Source: the human T2T-CHM13v2.0 reference genome, Homo sapiens. Taken from it: a DNA stretch of 64,000 nt. A program made the translations under genes and the position numbers. The stretch lies in assembly GCF_009914755.1 (NCBI RefSeq), contig NC_060932.1; one strand, written 5' to 3'. Shown here in pieces: positions 57,178-64,000 of the stretch. Each line of letters opens with the position of its first letter. Position 1 is the stretch's first letter. The notes under the pieces are model-generated. The model was not told where the DNA came from, searched no databases, and saw only the letters and a list, made by a program, of their open reading frames with translations.

Positions 57178-58770
57178 AATCCTTACAATGCTCAAGCTCA
57201 TTTCTTCATAGAGGCTTTTCCATCCAGAGGCCTTTCCTGTCCAGCTCATGTAAGGACTCTCTCCTCAGGGTTCCAGTGGCCTCTCTTGCTGGGGAAATGT
57301 ACCAGTGGACATTTGTGGAAGGCACTATAGCCCCAACACTGCAACTTGTCATGGGCTGCAAATGGCAGACCATGCCTCCCTCCTCCATTAACTGTTCTAG
57401 ATTCTACTCACCCTCAGCCAGCACCTGTTGGGCTTAGTGGCTTACCTGCCTCTCCTTATACCAGAAAACTCTGACACTCAAGTCACCATGCTTTTCTCAG
57501 GGTGGGGTTGCCACACTTGCCTATTTACAGTCAAAATTTTAAAAAAAGAAGTATCAAAAGGAGAGGTGCATAAGTGGATCAAACATATCCCCCTCCTTCC
57601 CACACACATTGTGTAGCAGCAACACTTCATCTCCTAGCTATCAAAGTCCATAACCCCGTAAGATGGTCCCTGAGCATGAGGGGCACTAGCTTATAGTTCC
57701 ATATGACTCCTGTTGTGTGCCTTAGAAGTAGTCTTCTCCCTTTGGGAGCCAGGGCCACCATCTCTGCAGAGTAGAGATGTACAGACAGGAAGCGCATGTT
57801 CTCCATGTGGTCACTGGGAGTGATGGCCAGAGAGGCCACTTCCTTCTCTCCTTGGCTCCAGGGTCCTTATGTTCTTCCTGCTGGGGACACAGCCACGTAT
57901 AAAGGGCTTTGATTTAAACATACCCTGCATTCTGGAGGATGTTGCTCTATTCTCATAATGTCATGATTTCTGAAGGGTTTCTATGAGCTCTTGGGTAGGC
58001 TATTCCACAGATCCCTCAGGCTGACAGCTCTGGGTGATACAGTACATGATAAACCAGCATACCTCAGCATCAGGCTCATTCCTGCCCCCCCTGCCTTGGC
58101 TGTAAAGTGGGGTCCCTTCGTCTGACACAATGTTATGTGAGTGCTTGTGCTAGTGAACAGAACATTCTGGAAGCCCTAGGATAATGGTGTAGATGAGCCT
58201 TTGTTGGCAGGAGAGGCAAATGCATACCTGGAACATTTGCCTATTCCTATTAAAATTAACCACTGCAACTTCCAGTACTGAAAGTGTCTCAGATTGTCAC
58301 TTTGCCACTAAGTGGCCAGTGGGTATCTTCCAAGAGGGCTGCCATGTCGGGGGTTCAGCGTTGGTCTCTCTTTCTGGCAGGCTGGACGCTTGGCAGTTGC
58401 TGCGGCTAGATCAGCTGTGGAGCCTGCCCTGTTGGGTCCATGCATGGCCTCTAGCCCTGCCACCAGGGCTTCTTCATTCAGGCATCATCTGTGTTAGCAA
58501 TGGGGTGGACAGATTGGGGCTGGCTGGGGTCAAATGCATGCATCATTAGGCCTCCCTGTTCTTCCTTGCTGGGCATTTTCTGGTGGCCTTTAATTTTGGG
58601 GGAAAAAAGGCCTTCCCACTCAGGGCTGCTCCCACAAGTGCATGCCTCCTCCCCAGACCTCCTTGCTATTAGTCTTCTGTCCTTTTTTCTTGCAATCCCC
58701 TGAGCAGACAGGAAAGGAACTGCACTAAGTGCTTCATCTGCACCTCTCGTTTGACCTTCTGACTCACTCA
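57178..58770 (-). mobile_element. ERVL-class internal relic: integrase and dUTPase remnants
   Basis: Minus-strand translation PLAT*WQSDNLRHFQYWKLQWLILIGIGKCSRYAFASPA (~58205-58322) and HNIVSDEGT/HFTAK (58091-58140) match recalled ERVL integrase motifs PATWWQVDYIGPLPSWKGQRFVLTGIDTYSGYGFAFPA and SDQGTHFTAK; ORF 57627-57839 (ITPSD...LAPKG...TT...NYKL) resembles ERVL dUTPase. Confidence 0.8.
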
Positions 58771-58835
58771 AAGAGGATGAACATCATTTTACAAAAGAGG
58801 AAATTGAGGCAGAAATAAGTTAAAGACTCAGAGTC

Positions 58836-59146
<311 letters not shown>

Positions 59147-59599
59147 AAAGACTCAGAGTAACACATCTTGTGTCTGTCAGGGCCAGGATTGGAACCCAGG
59201 CTATATAACTCTGCAAAGTGCACTGAACCAACATGCTGGCCACATGTGGAAAGGGGGGATGAATGAAAACTATAATCTTAGCCATGCAAAGGAACTTTCA
59301 ACACTGGTGACAGACAGGAGTCTGGGCCCAGCAGGATGAGATCCTAGGAAATCCTGAGGACAGTTGTTCATTCCCACTTCAGAGAGATTCTGAGCACTTC
59401 CGTATGTCCCATCACTGTCTGGTCATTGTTCACCGGAGGAGTTGAAAAAGGAGGTAGGAAGAATAAAATACACCATCTTTAGTAATGTGTTCTTTCCTTC
59501 CTTCCTACATCCACACCTTCTTTCCTTCATCTCTTCACCAAAAAGTAACTAAGCCCCTGCTATGCCCTAGAAATTGTGCTAGGAGCTGTGATGAAATGG

Positions 59600-60510
59600 G
59601 TCCCCCACTCCAACTACATCTCCCACTATCTCCCTCCCTCATGATGGTTCTTTCTGTATCTAGAACCCAGCACATTGCCTTTCTGGCTTCAGAGCCTTGG
59701 CAATTGCTGTTCTTTCTTTCGAAAATACTCCTTTCCCTTGTATTTCCGTGGTTCATTCTTTCCTATTTCATAGGTCTCAGCTGAGATGTTACATCTTCAA
59801 AGGGGTCTCTGTGTTTATTAGGGACTGTCTCTTGCTAGTAACAGAAATACAACAACGTTGGTTAATACACAAAGGGTTTATTCACTCACATTAAGTGCAT
59901 CCAGAGAAGGCAGCAGAGCTCTGGAATCGATGTTCAATGAGGTCATTAAGGAACCGGGCTTGTTCTATCAATCCTTCCCCCATTGATGGTGGGGGATTGT
60001 TTTCATCCTTAAATTTTAGGAAGGCTGCTGGGGCTCCACCCATCATCTATACATTCCAGATGGGTAGAAAATAAGAAGAGTCGAAATAGTATCCACCCTC
60101 TAGCAATCTGTTTCTTCTCTTAAGGAGCTTTCTAGGAAATCCAACTTCAAAATATTACACATAGATTATCTACTCTTAGCTGCAGGAGAGGCTGGGAAAT
60201 ATGACACTATCCCAGGTACATTATTGCTGAGAATAAAATAAGCGTTCTAAAAATGAATAGAGTGGGGAGTTGGGTAAGCGGCTAGTTACCTCTGATACAC
60301 CTTTCCTGGCTACTGTAATACCACCCTCTCAGGCTCTCTTGACTTTGTTATACTAGCCTATTTTTAATTTTTTGTAGGAAACATTATTATCTGAAATGGT
60401 CATTCTCTGTTGTCTTCTCCACTAGACTGGAAGCTCCCTGAGGACCTTTGCCTGTTTTGATCTCTTCTGCATCTTTATATTTCTGTACAGCTCTTAGAAC
60501 ACTTAGGTTC
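59600..60510 (+). mobile_element. L2 3' region split by an MLT1 LTR
   Basis: cagagccttggcaattgctgttc; aggtctcagctgagatgttac, resuming ctttcctggc; cttctccactagactggaagctccctgagg. Confidence 0.65.
59810..60298 (-). mobile_element. MLT1J/K-like MaLR LTR
   Basis: tgctagtaacagaaa...gggtttattcactcaca; tcaatgaggtcattaaggaacc; tagctgcaggagaggctgggaaat; ttgggtaagcggctag. Confidence 0.65.
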
Positions 60511-61825
60511 TCATGTCAAAAAAAGAGTCAGTGGTAGCAATATATACATGGATTTATTCATTAAATCATTTATCTATTAATTTATTCTGCAATTAATTTT
60601 TAAGCTCTGTGTTGCTTTACATTAAACACTGGGAGAGATAAACTGCCTCTCCTAAGGGAGATTGATATGCAGATGTAGAAACTGAACAGTGATATGAAAA
60701 AAAAAAAAACTCAAAGTCATGTGTAGAAGCTGTAGGAGCCTAGAAGGGAGAATGATTACCTGTCTGGAGAAGGAGCTTCTTAATGGGGCACTGTAGTTAA
60801 GTCATGCAAGACTTCTGCCAACAGCTTGCACAGTTCCCCTAAGAGGCAGGAGGGGTGATTGTGTGTGCCTAAAGTTTCTTCAGCTTTTGACACAGCCACA
60901 GATAAAATCTTTAGGCAAGGAAATCAAGCTGTAGTAGAGAAGAGCAAACTATCTGTAATGGTGAATATGAAATACAAATTAATACTCCAATTCTGTCATC
61001 TACATGGGTATGTATACATCAGTCAGGGGCTAATGAGCACAATTCAATACTCGTCAAACATCTATTGAGCACCTGCCATATAGGTGCTTATTTGCAAATA
61101 GCTTTATAGTTTACAGAGCATAGATTTGCACTGAAATAGCCAAGATTTTACCGGTGGCAAAAAAAAACAATGAAAACCAGTTCTAATTGTCACTTTTTAA
61201 AAACATGTGTGTGTGTGTATGTGTGTGTGCATGCGCATGTGTGGTGGATGAGATTTACTGGGAGAATACTAGCACAGTTCAGAGACACAAACAAAGAACA
61301 TCTAAGACACAGGAGGGTAGGAACCTTGGGCCCTTTGGGACTGCAGGCCACCAGGTAAACAGGGCTTTTAGCTCCAGCATCTTTCTCTCCAAATGAGCTA
61401 AGAAAATGCAAGCTATGACCTAAGCAAGACAATTCAGTCTATTTTTCTTCTTCTGCAGGATGTTTTTCATAATGCCTATAAGACTGTGCGCTCAGGGGAT
61501 GCTGATGAAGACAGAACAAAGGCTCTCACCGGGGTCTCAGGGTCTCAGAGGATTGTATCTGGGAGGGAGGAGAAAGGATGACAGAGATGGGAGAAGGCGC
61601 TCAAGGCTGTATAAAAAGTCATTATGGGCTTTTAAGTAAATTCTCAATTATAATTATTCTAATGGATTTAATAATTCTGCAATTTGGAACTACAATGTTC
61701 TTACGTGTCAGCTGTCATATGCCTCAGTGAAAGAGTCTCTTTTTTCCTTTGAAAGCCAATAGTAAGAGGGTACCTGCTATGGAGAATTCTGTCAATTTCT
61801 CATTCAACAGGGGTTGGGACTTTCT

Positions 61826-62057
61826 TTTATATATGTATATATATATATATATTTATTATACTTTAAGTTCTAGGGTACATGTGCACAACGTGCAGGTTTG
61901 TTACATATGTATACATGTTCCATGTTGGTGTGCTGCACCCATTAACTCGTCATTTAACATTAGGTATGTCTCCTAATGCTATCCCTCCCCCCTCCCCCCA
62001 CCCCACAACAGGCCCCGGTGTGTGATGTTCCCCTTCCTGTGTCCAAGTGTTCTCATC
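61826..62057 (-). mobile_element. L1PA3-5-like extreme 3' end (~230 bp) with the tail converted to (TA)n
   Basis: ttatactttaagttctagggtacatgtgcacaacgtgcagg...cccttcctgtgtccaagtgttctcat; perfect TSD ggactttct 61817-61825 / 62058-62066. Confidence 0.96.
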
Positions 62058-62639
62058 GGACTTTCTATCTTATTTTAAGACCAATTCAGCCACCAAGGTG
62101 TACTTATAGATCGCAGCCCAGAGCTGTCCACCCTGAACTCTACTAACTTTGACTATTAACTAATTGATAGCAGCAGAGAATGTGCTAGTGGGAATGAGTG
62201 ACTGTGGCAGATGCCGCTTAAATGATTTGGATTAAAATTCTGTTTCTGCCTCATCGTAACGAGGAAACTTTGGCCAAGCCAGTTTCCTCCTCCGTGTCTC
62301 AATTTTCTCAGTTGTAAAATAAGGATGATGACAATGCCTACCTCACTGCTCTGGAGGAATAAACAGTCTCATGTGTGCCGAAGCCTCTGCTTGACATATA
62401 ATGGACTTTTCTCATGATAGCCAAAGTCTTTTTTTTTGCAGATGAGAAAAAAAGAATAAGCTGGCTGTCCAACATCACTTAGCAACAAAATTGCTAGCAC
62501 GGTGAGCCAGCAAGATGATGCCAAAAGAATACCTTGAACTTGGGCATCAAAAAGACCTGGATCAAACCCTAGCTCTGTCATTTATCACCTTTGTGGCTCT
62601 AAGCAAATTTCTCTCTTGCCTCAGGGCTCTTTCCCATTG

Positions 62640-62950
62640 CCTGAGGTGTTCTTTCCCGACATCCTTCATGGAAGAAGACATATTCCACTCCTTCAGATCT
62701 CTGCTCAAAAGGCCATTTGATCAGGGAAGGTTGCTGAGTGTCCTGCATCACTCCTTTACCCTGCTTGAGGTGGTCATCTGACATATCAACTTTTTAATTC
62801 TTTTATCTTCTGTCTTGCATTGCATGACAATGCAAGCTCTTTGAGAACAAAGATATCTGTGTGTTTTATTCCCTGCTAAAGCTCTATGTCCTAGAACGCC
62901 ACCCGGCATAGACAAGGTACATAATGCATATTTGTTGAATAGGTGTGGAA
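62640..62950 (+). mobile_element. L2 3' region flanked by MIR pieces
   Basis: ctccttcagatctctgctcaaaagg; gcaagctctttgagaacaaag; cccggcatagacaagg...tatttgttgaat. Confidence 0.7.
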
Positions 62951-63176
62951 TGAAAGGGTCTTAATTTCTCTAAGCTTAAATTCTTCATGGAATGAAAACA
63001 CCTATCTCACCAGATCATTGTGGAGAAAGCTTTTAAATGCTTAGCATCAGGACATGAATTGCTGGCCGATATCAGTGCAATGATAATGGTGAGGTCTATA
63101 GACCCCTGTGGCTGTGGCAACACTTTTCATAGGCTGCCCCTGCCTCTGAAAGCTTTTGTCAAAGGAAGATTTGGGT

Positions 63177-63310
63177 CAGTGTTTCCCACATCTGGCTGCA
63201 GATCAGCATCCATGGGAGCCTTGTAGAAGCGCAGCTTTCTGGGCCCTGCTGTGATCATTCTGACCCAGATCCCTGGATGGAGCTCAGGAATCAGTGTTTT
63301 TAAAATATTG
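63177..63310. mobile_element. MER5A fragment
   Basis: cagtgtttcccacatctggctgca...catgggagccttgtagaagcgcag...ctcaggaatcagtgtttttaa. Confidence 0.65.
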
Positions 63311-63960
63311 CGGTAGCCATGGAATTTCCCCTTTAGGAATTAGAAAGGAGGCAACTCCAGAGAGAGGTATTGTGATGTCAGTTACCAGTGCTTCCTGTGA
63401 AGATCATTATCATTAAAAAGAATAAATACTTCCTGAACAACATAAAGGGTACATATAAAAAGCACAAGTATAAGTGAAGGAAAGGGAGCCAAGAACTATT
63501 GACCAGAGAGAACTTGCTCGCAAGGAGTAAGCAGCTTGGTGAGATACAGAAACTACTCTAGCCACATCCATAGCAGACAGGCTGCATTTCTGTAGATGAA
63601 GCCAATGAAAGCAACGTGATAATTATATTTCTTTTTTAAAACGCTGACACTGCTGAGTAGCAAGCAGGTAGTAAATGCTTGCAAGACTGTTTGCATTGCT
63701 GAGTGTTTAATCTTTTAATTATTACTCTTGGAGTTTTTTTTTTTTTTTCAATGTAATGCTAATAAGCAAACACATGGCCTCTTTCTTGAACTTAATTTCG
63801 TGCATGGAGTGTTGACACAACTGTGAATCCCTGCAGTGCAAAATACTGGGGCCAAGAGTTAAACCCATTGGATAAACAAACTGAAATCATCCTGTGTTTA
63901 CAATAAAATAAGAGTATACATAAGTAACCAGGCTGATATTTTCTTAGTAATTATCTAGAT

Positions 63961-64000
63961 CCGTGCTGTCCAATACTGTAGCCATTAGTCACATGTGGCT
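63961..64000. mobile_element. Start of a MER3/MER33/Charlie1-family element (cut by window end)
   Basis: ccgtgctgtccaatactgtagccattagtcacatgtggct, preceded by a tctaga target. Confidence 0.75.

Noticed and set aside
61441-61540. Strong splice acceptor ending at 61458 followed by a short open frame
   Set aside because: No good donor found, and the downstream sequence resembles a decayed antisense L2 tail

Overview
This is primate (most likely human) non-coding genomic DNA, either intergenic or deep intronic. I see no recognisable host protein-coding exon, RNA gene, CpG island or CRISPR array, and I cannot name the locus. Roughly half the window is transposon-derived: 13 Alus (J, S and Y-type), two large 5'-truncated L1PA copies, smaller L1PA/L1PB/L1M fragments, MaLR LTRs (THE1/MST/MLT1), two decayed ERVL-class proviral relics (one retaining readable integrase and dUTPase motifs), hAT/TcMar DNA transposons (MER30, MER63, Charlie1b, MER2, MER45A, MER58B, MER5) and many MIR/L2 fragments. 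Many insertions are nested and keep their target-site duplications (TSDs). The long ORFs in the track come from L1 ORF2, Alu or simple repeats. Standard repeat annotation does not explain several features: a sharply bounded ~130-bp unique-looking module present twice 1.8 kb apart (~80% identity, 43936-44065 and 45728-45855); an old complex duplication at 54918-55710 that carries a copy of sequence from 59811-59869; two short template-switch-like patchworks; a possible very ancient non-L1 reverse-transcriptase relic; TGCATG-rich arrays; and a few candidate exons and enhancers. Subfamily calls come from recalled consensus features, not a RepeatMasker run, and boundaries of old elements are approximate. 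I found no convincing evidence of a novel multi-component biological system.
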